64,000 nucleotides of DNA from Octopus sinensis (Eukaryota), in assembly GCF_006345805.1 (NCBI RefSeq), contig NC_042997.1, positions 93,620,001-93,684,000 of the forward strand. Reading direction: 5' to 3'. Of the stretch, positions 24,321 to 36,696 are shown piece after piece (the first letter of the stretch is position 1; every line of letters starts with the position of its first letter). The notes beneath the pieces were generated by a model. The model searched no databases. It worked only from the letters and a program-made list of their open reading frames with translations, and was not told where the DNA came from. The translations under genes and the position numbers were made by a program.

Positions 24321-26251
24321 TTCTTTACAGTAATTTCTAGTGCTTTACTGCAACTACTCCAACATCAGTGAGATAACCTAGGTAATTCAGGTTTGGCTAT
24401 ATTATTGAGAAGTTTGCTTCACAACTGTGGTTTTGGACTCAATTTCACAGTACAATACCTAGAGCATAATTTTGAGTCAACCAAAGCCTTGCGAGAAATA
24501 TTCGTTAGACAGAAACTGTGTACAAATACATCAGAGAGATTGATACTATTTTTGGTTGATCCACATGATCCATCACCCAATTTAACACTACCATCTAACA
24601 ACTTTGGCAGAATCTGTTCTGTCCAAACATTCAAACCCGGTTTCCACTCTTAGGATAACTTCCTCCCTTCCTCTTCAGGATTAAGCCATGAAAATAAAAG
24701 AAAGGATGTTAAATCTGCTGAAATCCTAATGAAACTTATTGAGCACATCTTAAAGTAGTCTTTCTATAGGGTCCCCCATTATCACTGATACACAATGATA
24801 AAGTATCTTCAGTCTACTTTGGAATAGAAAGAATAATTCATTTATAAATGAATTATATATAAATGTATTATCAGGTCATTAAGAATGAAATGTCCGATTT
24901 TTTAATGCACCAAGTTTGATAGTCATTAGCTCTAATGTTTTATCCTGACAATTCTTTGTTTCACAACATCAATTAGATCTGCACTCATTGTTATCATTAT
25001 CTTAAAAAAATTGCAAGCATTTGTAGTTTTATTTTCAATCTTGTTTGTGTCTGAATAGACTCTAGATTACACAGCGAATCAACAGATCAAATATAGAATA
25101 AGTCAAAATCCTGCAATGTCATATTCAACAAGATTAATTATATAAGTGTGAAATATTGGTTTTTATGTTTGTAATACCCTGTATATTATGTAGACAAAAA
25201 TGCAAAGTGGTGGTCTTTACATCATTCTCAAGAATATTAGAGATATAAGTGAAATGCTTCAAAAACAAATTTAAAAAAGAACAAAAAATGCATCAGTATC
25301 ATATTGATGTTTTACTAATTCAAATTAATTTATTACAAAGACAATATTTTTGAACAGGAAGAAAACTGATGGAAAAACCTTTCCCAAGAACTGAAAAGAT
25401 GAAGTAGATACTGTATTGAACTAAGTTAAAACATCTTGAGTTCAAATCTACGGTAGCAATTTTGTTGTAGATTTGCACATTCTATTTGGCTGTAAATGCT
25501 TATATTTCTTATGATCCCTTTTATTACAAAGCTTTTCTCATTAAATATGCTGGGGAAATGTATGAACATCTCAACCTCTGATTTCTTCCCCCCAGTACAT
25601 CTAACATGTTAGAATTTTATCAAACTTTATCAATTTAGTGATCTATAGAAGTTGGCCAGCTCACAAGATGAATCAGTACTTAACATACAAGAAAGTAATT
25701 ATCAATACTTGACTGACATTCTGCTAAATAAGTTCATTTCTTTTTCTGCGTCAATTTCATTTACCTCAGCTATCATATTTCCTGTTTATATTTACCATCA
25801 TGCTACGGAAGTGAATGAGAGAAAAGGGTAGTATCTTGCACAGAACACAGTGGTTCTTCAACTTTTTATGGCACACTGAAGATCAACCATAAAAATTATT
25901 GGTGCACTTTGCATGGAAATTTCAAATAAAACTGCTTTTCAAGACACTCAAGTAAAAATTTTCTAAAGCCATAACTTTCAATTTGTTTTACATCCATTTT
26001 TCCATATTGACTTGGATTATATGAATGCAGATTACTGGGGCATTGTTTCACAGCTAAATTCCCTTCCAGTTACTAACCCTTACCTGTTTTACATGAAAAG
26101 GGATTTTTCATTCTATGCATTATTGAAAATGTTGAACCAGTGAATGTTTTGTTGACAGTGAATGTCAACAAACAACCTAATTTGTAAATTTTTAAAGCGA
26201 AGTGGAGAATGCAAACACACACACCGGAATCTGTAAATAGTTTTTGTCTAT

Positions 26252-26440
26252 TAACCCTTAAGCATTTAAACTGGCCTTACAAGGTGCAAATATTTTGTTT
26301 TATGTTCAAACCAACCCTATAATGTCATTCTAAAAATAAATAATTAGCTCTCGAAGCTACAAGATAAAGTTTGATTAATTCAAAACAATGCAAATGAATA
26401 TGTAATACAATTGTCAGAATAATCTAAATGCTAAAGGTTA
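26252..26440. mobile_element. piggyBac-type (TTAA) MITE
   Basis: TTAACCCTTAAGCATTTA...TAAATGCTAAAGGTTAA. Confidence 0.65.
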
Positions 26441-27456
26441 AATTCATTGAGAAGGCATTGGTTGGCTCAATAGAAGATACCTGCCCAAGATGTCCCACAG
26501 TGGGATTGAACCAGAAACCACATGGTTGAAAAGTGAGCTTCTTAACTACACAACCATGTCCACACTTATTTTATATATATTCAGCATGCCTGGATTCCTT
26601 TTGCAGTGCATCAGCATGCTGTGGGGCACTGTCTAAGAACCACTGACTATTCAACAATTGCGGTTTTTCAATTAAAGACCAAAATAAACAACATTTGATG
26701 ACAATATTTTGCAGTTAACTGGTCATTTATTATAAGCAGTCATCCTATAAACTTAGTACTTCAATGTATAACATTAGATTTAACGATTTAACGAAATTAA
26801 TAGGTTTTATTAAATTATAGAATGATAATTCAAATGATAAATTAATTTCAACTGGATTAGTTTACTACAACTAAGTCGCTATTTTTTTTACCCCTTGTTG
26901 TTATAATCTCATTCTTGTCTAGGGTGCATTATAAGAATATAAATCGACTCGAAATTTGACTGGCATTTTATTTTATTGTCCCAGGAAGGCTGAAAGGCAA
27001 AATGTAACTTCAGTTGGAATTTGAATTCAGGACGTAAAGCCCAATAATCAAATAAGGCTAAAGAATTTTGTCCGACGCTCTAAAGATTGTACTCATCCAC
27101 ACCTCATCGGTATTCCTTCGAAAATATATCAGAGATTCGATGAAACTTGAGATTGAAAACAAGTAGAGACGAAAAAAAAAATTCTGACGTGTCTTTAACA
27201 GAAATTGATTTTTCTCAGTTGACCGCATTGAGAGACTGAAGAAAGACAAAGCTCGTAAGAATGGAGAATATACTGGACTGAATAAAGCCAATTTTTAACT
27301 GGTATGATGTGGTCAACCACAGTAAAATCTTCATGAGGTACCGAATGAGATATTATTAACCGTTCAACAGCCATATCTACAACCTTACGACTTACGATCG
27401 ATGTCATTCCTGACCATTTCGTGTTTTAGGAATATGTAGCACTACACTAACTAATG

Positions 27457-27689
27457 TAGTGGTTCTCAACCGGGGTCCATATAAGGTTTTTCTGTTTAAA
27501 TTTGGGGGTGAGGAAATAAACCGACTATTCTTCTACAATAGACAAAATATATAAACACTTTTTTCATACAATTCCTCTGCAATAGGAGTTTTTAGACATT
27601 GAATGTCTATGAAGGACCCCGCTACGAGTAAAATAGGAATCAAAAGGGCCCATAGGTAAAAAAAAAAAAAAAATGGTTGAGAACCACTG
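27457..27689. mobile_element. hAT-type MITE
   Basis: TIRs (T/C)AGTGGTTCTCAACC; 8-bp TSD AACTAATG / ATCTAATG (7/8). Confidence 0.85.
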
Positions 27690-28028
27690 ATCTAATGCAT
27701 CCTTTTCTTAATTAAAAAATATGGGCGAGATTTAATGGAAATTTGGCTGCTCTTATTAGCATATTGGACGACAGATAGAGGTTTCTCGGCTCATCAAATA
27801 ATTAAGTGTGTAATGTCTGTATGATAAGTGTAATGTGTGTATAATTTTAAATGACATTTAAATTTGTTTACCTTCTGGTATTTTTAGTTCATTCACAGAA
27901 ACTAAAGGTAAATTTATGACCATCTTATAATTTCTACCACCGTGTTTGAAACAATTTTTGTCGCTGCTATTTTTTTTCTTTTTTGTTTAGCATTTTCGCG
28001 TTGCCACAGACCGAGTATTTAGACTGAC

Positions 28029-28078
28029 CGTATCAATAATCTTGGCAATAACATGTTAATCCCTCCCGCTACTGACAT
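28029..28078 (-). CDS. PNPLA8: Probable first coding exon of PNPLA8 (MSVAGGINMLLPRLLI-R); exon 28098-28029 including a short UTR part
   Basis: Polypyrimidine acceptor ...gtttttattttcag| at 28100-28099, ATG at 28078 and donor CG|gtcagt at 28028. The phase-2 end joins the single leading base of exon 18723 (CG+A = Arg) and keeps the frame open. No homology evidence for this segment, so it is inferred from splice signals and phase. Confidence 0.5.
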
Positions 28079-28697
28079 TCCTTTAACGCTAGTTCCGTCT
28101 GAAAATAAAAACAAAATTTCTCTTTCTCTCTCTCTTTCAGAATAACGAAGACATTACGAATAAAGTGTAACCATCTCAATCTACTGTTATTTTGACAATA
28201 TGCTATACATTCCAATGAGAGTTTGGAAAGAGAATTTAGTACTTTTACTTATATATTACATAACTATTCGTTTTGGTAATACTAAACAAACATGATAAGA
28301 CGCAATACTTTATATAATAATTATATTATTATTCCTTGAATTGGCACATAGCCAATACTTTAAATAATGCAGATGAGTAAAAAATGTCTTTTTTTTTTTT
28401 TTTTTTTGGACCCCCGCTCGTCTTTCAGTTATAGTTTATCTGCATTAATATAACATAGTCCCCTTTTTTTAAGACAGCACATGATTTTAGAGATTCGGCT
28501 ACTATTTCTAGTAGGTCAAACGGTCGTTCTCAGATATAAGGTGATAATGTAAAATATATTGAAAAATTTCTCAGCAGAGATGTGTGAACAAGGAATGAGT
28601 TAACAGAATTCTAAACAAGCATGTATAAATATTGATAAAATCCAATATGAAATATAAAATAAAGTATAAATAAAATGTCATTTTAATATTTTTTTAC

Positions 28698-28900
28698 CTG
28701 TTTTTCAGTTAAAATATTCCTCAACGGTCACTCATGCTGAAAAAATAGCTGTTCAGAGGTGCAAGTATACAAAAGAGATTACCCTACTCTGGTGGTTGGT
28801 AATCCAAATTTAGAAACGAATATTAAGTAAGCACGTATGTTAGCAACTCCAGAAGGTGTGTCAAAACGGACATCAAGCCAAGTCATGAATAAACGTTTCT
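28698..28900 (-). promoter_or_regulatory. Possible non-coding upstream exon or promoter region of PNPLA8
   Basis: CpG-retaining region 27.7-29.6 kb; minus-strand donor CAG|gtaaaa at 28697. The 5' boundary is a guess. Confidence 0.25.
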
Positions 28901-29638
28901 AACTAAACTCGTTGCTCATTGGGTAGTCTGCTACACAATGCTATTATTATCATCAATATCAGGAGATATATCAGGAGATCTTCGTTTAATATTTCGTCAT
29001 CACATAGTATTCTAGCAATTAAAAGTATTGATCAGCAGTTATTTGCGAAATGCCATTAGGCATAAAAAGAAACGACTGTATTTTGTTGTGAAGAGTGTTC
29101 AAATGAAAGTTATTACTGCAGTTAATTTTGTTGTTGGTTGTTTATTTCACTTTTCAGTTTTGCTAAAGTTACGATTATTCAAAATATATATATATATATA
29201 TATATATAACAAAATTTGTAAAATGGATTAAATAATTTAAACAATATTTAAATAAAAAGAATCTGTGTTCAGCGTAAATTTCTACTAAACAAACAATACG
29301 GTAATTATCTAACACAACAAAATTAAAGAGTTATATCCCTTGCTAAGGCGACGAATTGGTAGAGTTGTTAGTGTCAGTAAAAAAAAATGCCTCACAGTTT
29401 TTGTTCCGACTCTGCGATCGATTAAAAACTACCACTCCACAATAGTGAAATATTCAAATTGATTGAGTTGCGTGCATTGTAAATTCAAATCACGACCCGT
29501 CACCGAAAAATGGCGACTGATAGATAGCATCAGTATCTATAATTTGAATTTTGTCTCAATCTGTTACCTATAATATGATGGTCGTCTCTCGATTTGAACC
29601 TAAGAAATATAATAAGCATTACACACATACACACACAC

Positions 29639-29671
<33 letters not shown>

Positions 29672-29739
29672 TGTATGCATGCACGTACGTACGTACGTAT
29701 GTATGTGTGTATGTGTGAGTGTGTGTATGTATGGTTTTA

Positions 29740-31800
29740 CTTATTTAAATTCTTCTGAAGAAGGAGCTGGTTTCCAACAAAGATACAAAGCTCCATCGTT
29801 AGAATGTAGATAACAAAGACAATGTTGCATTTTAAACTTGATCAAAGTCTTGCATATTTTTACTGTTCCACTTACAGACTGAATTTGTAATGTGCAAGTT
29901 AGTTGGTTGATTTCTTTTTCTGAAAATCCTAGCTTATCCAGATTGGCACTTAAGTATTTACTCACAAAATCAAGCACACCAATTATTATTGGTATAAATC
30001 TGAATTTATAATCTAGAGATTTTGAAACAGTTGTCCGTAGTTGTTCTCTTTCTATTTGATTTCCAGAGAGATGTTCGCATCAGCAGGACACATGGCCTCT
30101 ATGACAGAACATATTTTTTCTCATGTGTCCCAAACAACTACCGTAAATCCTCGAGTATAATCCACATTTTCCCCAAAATTTAAAGGTCAAAATCCCTAGT
30201 GCGTACTATATACGAAGTTGAAAATGAAAAATATTTTCTAAGCAATGTCTGAGTCTCTATTTGCTGTCCGGCAATGTTTATTCAGATGCATTTTGTGATG
30301 TCAGGCACGAAAATACATTAAGCTAAGCCTGAAGGCAATGAAGTCATAAAAGAATCATCCATAACTTGCAGTAAGCAGCATTTATTAAAATAAAAGTATT
30401 CAGAACACAGAATAACATGTAACAAAAACAATTTACAAACATATTTACATTCCCATATAACAGTTAAGAACATCACCATTATTGTATTACACATGCACTG
30501 AAGTGTTTCTTCGACTAGGTACTGCTGGCTTAATTACACACGACTCAATTACACACCCCTTAGAGAAGGGGTGTGTATTATACACAAGGTTTAGGTTTTT
30601 CAGAGGTACAACCCACTAAAAATCCCCTGCATATTATACTCAAAGGCGGACTATACTCGAAGATTTACGGTATATTTGGTCTGTTGTGTGTACACTGGAC
30701 AGATGTTTTGATGGGATGTTCCGCTAGTATTCCTTGTGTTGATGTTTGTGTATTCAATAATAGGGAGATTCTCTATATTTATTTAAGGACAGTCTTTCTC
30801 TGAATTGCATTGTATATTGTTTTTGCATAAGGAGGTGGTATCTTGATGGCATTTTAAGCAGCTGCTAATCATGTGTGTGATGGCTTCCACAGGAATATGG
30901 TATAATCTACATTTTTGATTGAATCTTAGAGTTCCAAAGGCTTCATTGTCTCTTATTTATAAGGTATTCCATAGCAATCTCCTGTTCTTGGATTGTAAAA
31001 GCATAGCCTTTGAAGTGTGATGTGATGTAGCAGTCACAAGTCCAAGTGAGGCTTTGCTTCATATTAATGTCTTCTTCAAGTCTTCAGGAAACATACCTAT
31101 GCAGCACTTTTTTGGTATGCTGAGCATTTCACATCCAGGTCTTCATTGTGGTATGTTAGTCCATTGTTTGGGGGTTGTGTGGGTGGTCATCAGGAAGAGA
31201 GTGCTTCCTGAGGATCTTACTACCAACATATAGGATACTGTTCTCTTCATTTTTCAACACTGAGTTAATGTATTATTTTTGTTGTTGTTGTTTAGCAAGT
31301 ACAGTCTGAGAGAAACTATATAACATTCAAAAGCTGTCTCAATCCACTACTTTCCTTATCTCTTCTTAGGTAGAGCCTGTCAACATCACTATTTCTGAGG
31401 AAGTTTCCAGTTGATGCCAGTATCTTTTGGGTTTTAACATCTATGGAGTGGTTTTTTTTTTTCTACAAATCTGTAGTGGCTTCATGCAGGCATGGTGTTC
31501 GATCCTTGATTGCCAAATTTCACTTAGCAGTTCAACAGTACTTTTCTCATGGTAAAACAATAGATTTTTTGTGAGTGACAGCAGTTACATTTGCCAGATG
31601 ATTTTGCTAAGCAGAATAATGTCTTTGCCACTTGATCCTTCAAACCTTTTCTAGGCCACCAAAAGCTAGAATAGAGATAACAGACCCCCAACAAAATCTA
31701 CTGTTCTCAACAATATGTCTCTACTTCTAACTGATTTTGGATAGTTATAGATACTTGAATTTGGTAAGGCAAAATCAGTTAGTGAGAGTGACCATCAGTT
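29740..31800 (-). mobile_element. Decayed R4/Dong-like (REL endonuclease) non-LTR retrotransposon, 3' half
   Basis: Hand translation gives the RT thumb TQKILASTGNFLRNSDVDRLYL, then GYAFTIQEQEI, a zinc-knuckle remnant KCRLYHIPVEAITHMISSC and the REL end PADVNISLEIK...IIIGVLDFVSKYL...SVSGTVKICKTLIKF. Interrupted by a MITE inside the RPDIVVWD motif. Confidence 0.7.
30141..30670. mobile_element. pogo/Tc1-type MITE inserted in the R4/Dong-like element
   Basis: 19-bp TIRs CCGTAAATC(C/T)TCGAGTATA, TA duplicated at 30139-30140 and 30671-30672. Confidence 0.88.
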
Positions 31801-32274
31801 AGTGAACAAAAACTAACTAGAGTCATGACCACCAGCAGGCAGTCACTAAAGGCAAACGGCCAGAGGCAGAAAGAAGATTACAACCAGCCAACATTTCAAC
31901 AGCTACATCCTCAGAAACTAACTGGAAGAAAATACTGAAGCCTGCACACGTAACCTCTTTGGCACACACACACACACACACTTTTCGTCTTGTCCTGACA
32001 TACAGACCCTGCATTGTCTATGAACTTTTACATGTATATAAGACTCTCACATAGACTCTCAACAACTCTTTTTCTTTGCATGCACATCCTTTTTTTTTTT
32101 TTTCACTTTCAACAGTAGACTTTTAACAAAGGATACTATTTTCAGCTAAGTTACTGCCACTTTTTGCTTACTCATTTTTATGCTGTTCATTTCTTTTGCT
32201 GCACCACACAACGTTCATACATGTACCTGCATGCTAAAACTGTCACATTCTTGCACCAGTCATATGAATCGGCC

Positions 32275-32570
32275 CTAATACTTATTTTTGCTTTTAAGCC
32301 TAGTATTTATTCTATTGGTGTCTTTTACTGAAGCGCTAAGTTACAGGGATGTAAACACATCAACACCGGTTGTCAAGCAGTGGTGGGGAACCAACACTAA
32401 CACAAACACATATAGGACGGGCTTCTTTCAGTTTCCACCTACCAAATCCACTCACAAGACTTTAGTCAGTCTGAGGCTATAGCAGGAAACACTCACCCAA
32501 GGTACAACATAGTGAGACTGAACCCAGAACCATAAAGTTAAGAAACAACCTTCTTACCACACAATCATGT
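32275..32570 (-). mobile_element. SINE family A copy
   Basis: TATTCTATTGGTGTCTTTTACTGAAGCGCTAAGTTACAGGG...CTTTCAGTTTCC...GAACCCAGAACC. Confidence 0.7.
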
Positions 32571-33545
32571 CTTACATCATTAATAATAAGAGCATTTTTT
32601 TTTAATGACACAATCTCATAAGAATAGGAGGAGTTTTTCTAACAATACCAAAATATATTTAGATTTGCCATTACACTTGTTTTGTTCAAGTAATATGATA
32701 CTATAACAATTTATTATTGAGTTTCTACATATTATGATTTGTATGAGAGGTTATTATTGTTAAATTAATTTATCATAGTTTTTTTAATTCAAATTGTTAT
32801 TTACATTATGTACTTTTATTAGTAAAAAATATTAGCTTTAAGGATTGAAGTTAAACAGTTTCATATTATATAATTTAGAGGATTAATAAATATATTTACC
32901 ATGGCTGATATACTGGGTTAAAAACACTTCCCCAAACGTGAAAATCTCCAAAATCTGAAAGCATTTCAAATGACTCGCCACAATTAGAAAATTCCACAAA
33001 ATGCAGGGAAGATTCCATCAAGTATAGCTGTTGCATAATGTTATAACATAAGTTTGTAAGCAATGATCTTTCATTTTTGTTTTTTTTATGTTACAGTAAG
33101 TGCAAAATGTTATATTTTTACCTATGAGATCTGAATTTCACTCCAAATATGAGTGTAACATGACTAACATCATTACTTGTACATTACGTAAAAATAAAAG
33201 GTGAAGGTGAAGAATATGTACACCTGGTTTTTAGGATTAGGGTTTAGGGTTAGGGTTATGCCAAAAACGGTTGGTGTGTGTATTCCTTACCTCCACCAAA
33301 TAAAATATAAACTCTTCAGTTTTCATTTTATTTACCTATCATGTTCAATGCTTTGCTTTTATATCTTACATAAAACATAAGGTCAATATAAAGATTTTCA
33401 CCTGTGAACAAAAATAATAATATATCAGTCTGCTGGATGTTAACAAGTATGTAGAAAATGAATATGAAAAAAAAATTTGCACTAACGACCTTGGGTGGGG
33501 TGGAGAGGACTTTTGAAAAATTCACAAGAACTGATTTTTTAAAAA

Positions 33546-34135
33546 ATAATAATAATAATGAAATTATTGTATACAGTGCTCAGGTGCACCACAACTTGTC
33601 AGAAAGTGCATATAAAGTACATGCAGCAATGTAGAAATGTCTGGAAAGTGAACATGCTTGTGTGTGTATGGAGGGGAGAAAATCAAGTGTAGTGTTGGCG
33701 AATCTCAGGAAGCATGGAAGTTTTGAAGGATGCAGTGCTCCGACAACTAACAACCGATGCCGGCAGTTTGTGCCACGCTTCAGCAACTCTCAGCGTGAAA
33801 AAATGTTTCCTGAAGTCATGGGAGCTGTGCTGTTTTCTTACTTTGTAAATATGTCCACGGGTGTTAGATGGGTGGAGTTTGAAGAGGTGCTCAGAGTTAT
33901 TGTTTGTGCAATGGTTGATAATTTTATGGGTGTCTGCCAAGTCAGCTGCCAGACGTCGGAGTTTCAATGTGTCCATGCCCAGGGAAGTAAGGCGTTCAGG
34001 ATATGGCAAATGCCTGATGGAGGGTATTCTTTTGGTTGCACGTCGCTGAACAGCTTCCAGACGATTGATGTCCTGGGCAAGATAGGGGTTCCAGACCGGT
34101 GATGCAAATTCCAGGTGAGGTCTTACCATAGCTAT
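33546..34135 (-). mobile_element. CR1-clade LINE 3' fragment (RT C-terminus, 3' UTR, (ATT)n tail)
   Basis: ORF 33683-34129: VRPHLEFASPVWNPY..DINRLEAVQRRATK...YPERL..LG..TL..RR...TRGH..K...RKHFFTLRV..AW..LP. Confidence 0.92.
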
Positions 34136-34365
34136 ATAAAGCCGCAGAAACTTTTGGTAAAATGGATATATATTGATTTTTTATTTTTAAGGAATCCCAG
34201 GTTTTTGGTTATGGAGGATCCGATTCTGAAAAAAAACAATTCAAAAACCACATTTTCAATTTTACCCTCACCCTTTTCTTTTTTCACTTTTTCTGGATTT
34301 TTTTTTTTTTTGTGAAATACATAGTAAAATTTCAATTTTTCAACAAATATATATATATATATATA

Positions 34366-34887
34366 CCCCCAAGCCTTCAAGCAGGCTAGTCACATACTAG
34401 AAATAACAGCCAAATCTCGCAAAACTGCGATAACATAATGTAATCAATCTACTCACCTTTCTGCAAAGATTTCTTTCAGAGTAATTTCCTGCAGCAATAT
34501 GACAAAGTAATTCATGTGAAATAAACAAAACAACCATTCATTTTCACTTTTAGACAGGGGGAGGGTGGGGGATTTTGGGTCGGAGTTTTTCATAAAAAAT
34601 TTGAAATTAAAATTTGAATTTGTGTTTATTTTACCCATATTCTTAATCTCCATATTTTCCCACGTAGACTGATTGAAAAAAAAATTCGAAAAAAAGTTTT
34701 TAAAAAGTTAAAGAAAAAAAACCACTTTAATTTCACATGAATTACTTAGTCATATTACTGTGGGAAATTACTCTGAAAGAAATCTTTGCAGAAAGGTGAG
34801 TAGATTGATTACATTTATGTTATTCACTGTTTTGTGAGATTTGGCTGTTATTTCTAGCATGTGGCTAACCTGCTTGAAGGCCTGGGG
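34366..34887. mobile_element. MITE with about 150-bp terminal inverted repeats and TA flanks
   Basis: 34367-34520 is the reverse complement of 34730-34887 (CCCC.GCCTTCAAGCAGG...TCACCTTTCTGCAAAGATTTCTTTCAGAGTAATTTCC). Confidence 0.8.
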
Positions 34888-34889
34888 TA

Positions 34890-35250
34890 TTCTTTTATCC
34901 TTCTTTTACTTGTTTCAGTCATTTGACTGCGGCCATGCTGGAGCACCACCTTTAGTCGAGCAAATCGACCCCAGGACTTATTATTTGTAAGCCCAGTACT
35001 TAATCTATCGGTCTTTTTCCGAACCTCTAAGTTACGGGGACGTAAACACACCAGCATCGGTTGTCAAGCGATGGTGGGGGGGGGCACGGACACAAACACA
35101 CACATATGTGTGTGTGTGTATGTATGTATACGATTGGTTTCTTTCAGTTTCCCTCTACCAAATCCACTCGCAAGGCTTTGGTTGGCCCGGGGCTATAGCA
35201 GAAGACACTTGCCCAAGGTGCCACGCAGTGGGACTGAACCCGGAATCATG
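34890..35250 (-). mobile_element. Young SINE family A copy (CpGs retained, 5' end truncated)
   Basis: TTTTACTTGTTTCAGTCATTTGACTGCGGCCATGCTGGAGCACC...GACACTTGCCCAAGGTGCCACGCAGTGGGACTGAACCCGG. Confidence 0.85.
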
Positions 35251-35649
35251 TAGGATTTTTTTTTTTTTTTTTTTAAATTGAAATTTTACAAACAAATTGT
35301 TTTCAAAATCGTAATCATCGTATTTTTCTACGTATTTCGCAAAAAAAAAAGAAAAGAAAAAATCCGGAAAAAGTGAAAAATGAAGGGGTGGTGACGGGGA
35401 TTGAAATTTTGAAAATGCGGTGTTTGAATTTTTTTTTTTGTTTTCAGAATCGGATCCTCCATAACCAAAAACGTGGGATTCCGTAAAAAAAGAAAAATGA
35501 TATATATATTCGTTTTACCGAAAGTTATGACGAAAAAATCGGATCTTGTGAATTTTCCGAAAGTCCTATCTCCGCCCCCGGGTCGTTAGCGCATTTTTTT
35601 TAATATTCATATTCGTTTTCTACATTCTTATTAACACCCAGCAGGCTGG

Positions 35650-35700
<51 letters not shown>

Positions 35701-36172
35701 TTTATTTTTATTTTTTTGTTCACAGGTGAAGATCTTTATATTGACCAAACATAAAACCTGTAAAGTAAAAACTAAAATGCGTGTACCGTAACCTTTTAAT
35801 CAAAGCATGATGTCGTAGGTGGAGACTGATATCTTACCTTTCTGATTGTATAATGGAAAAGGAAAAAAATAAAAAAATATATAAAACTATATTCAGGGTA
35901 TATTGTGAAATATAAATGGGTATTGTGTTTATATATGCATTCCATCCCCAAGCTGTCCCATTTTATGGATGCAAATATAAAAATACTTTAAAATCTGCAA
36001 AACTTTCAGTCCATGAATAACGGATAAGGGATTCTTCCAGTAGTTACCTCGTTGATAACTAGTAAAACCATCAAAATATCCAGAGTTATCTCTCTTGCTC
36101 AATTGGCCATGGATTAATATCAGCTAACGACTAAGACACATACACGCGCACATACACATACATGTGTGTGTG

Positions 36173-36394
36173 TTCTGTTGTGTCTGGGGAGAGTCATTTT
36201 CTTTTTGTGCCTTATAATTTAACACACTCACCGGTAAAATTTCCACTTCTTTCTTTTTTTTCCTCCTAAAACTTTCGTTGCGTCTCGCAAAAATTTTAGG
36301 AAAATAAAAATAAGAAATAAGTGGAAATTTTACCGGTGAGTGTGTTAAATTATAAGGCACAAAAAGAAAATGACTCTCCCCAGACACAACAGAA
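36173..36394. repeat. Perfect 76-bp inverted repeat (MITE-like hairpin)
   Basis: 36173-36248 is the exact reverse complement of 36319-36394; 70-nt spacer. Confidence 0.9.
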
Positions 36395-36682
36395 TATGCT
36401 TCAACACACGAACTCACATAAAGAATCTTGCAAACCAAATCCCAAAACGAAATATGTGTGTGTGTGTGTATATGTATATACGTGGATCTAGTCTTTCTCA
36501 TTCGCAAAATGAGCCCCCTTAAATTTGCTCAGATCACTTTCAGTTTTGGTGTATCGATGCAACTCTGAATTTTGATTACGATCAACCAATTACTTTATCT
36601 CGTAAATCAAAGAATCTGATGTTAGTTGTCATTCAAGTTAGGAAATATAGGGAATCATTAGACAGCATAGCATTAGCAGCTT

Positions 36683-36696
36683 GTTACCATGACAAC
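36683..36696. promoter_or_regulatory. RFX X-box-like palindrome GTTACCATGACAAC
   Basis: 13/14 match to GTTRCCATGGCAAC in a CpG-retaining, non-repetitive-looking stretch. Confidence 0.4.

Larger units (their letters stand above)
33381..35746. mobile_element. Large foldback (inverted-repeat) element with nested insertions
   Basis: 33381-33543 is the reverse complement of about 35525-35746, and 34142-34335 of about 35275-35525. The right arm is continuous; the left arm is split by the CR1 insert. Confidence 0.7.
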
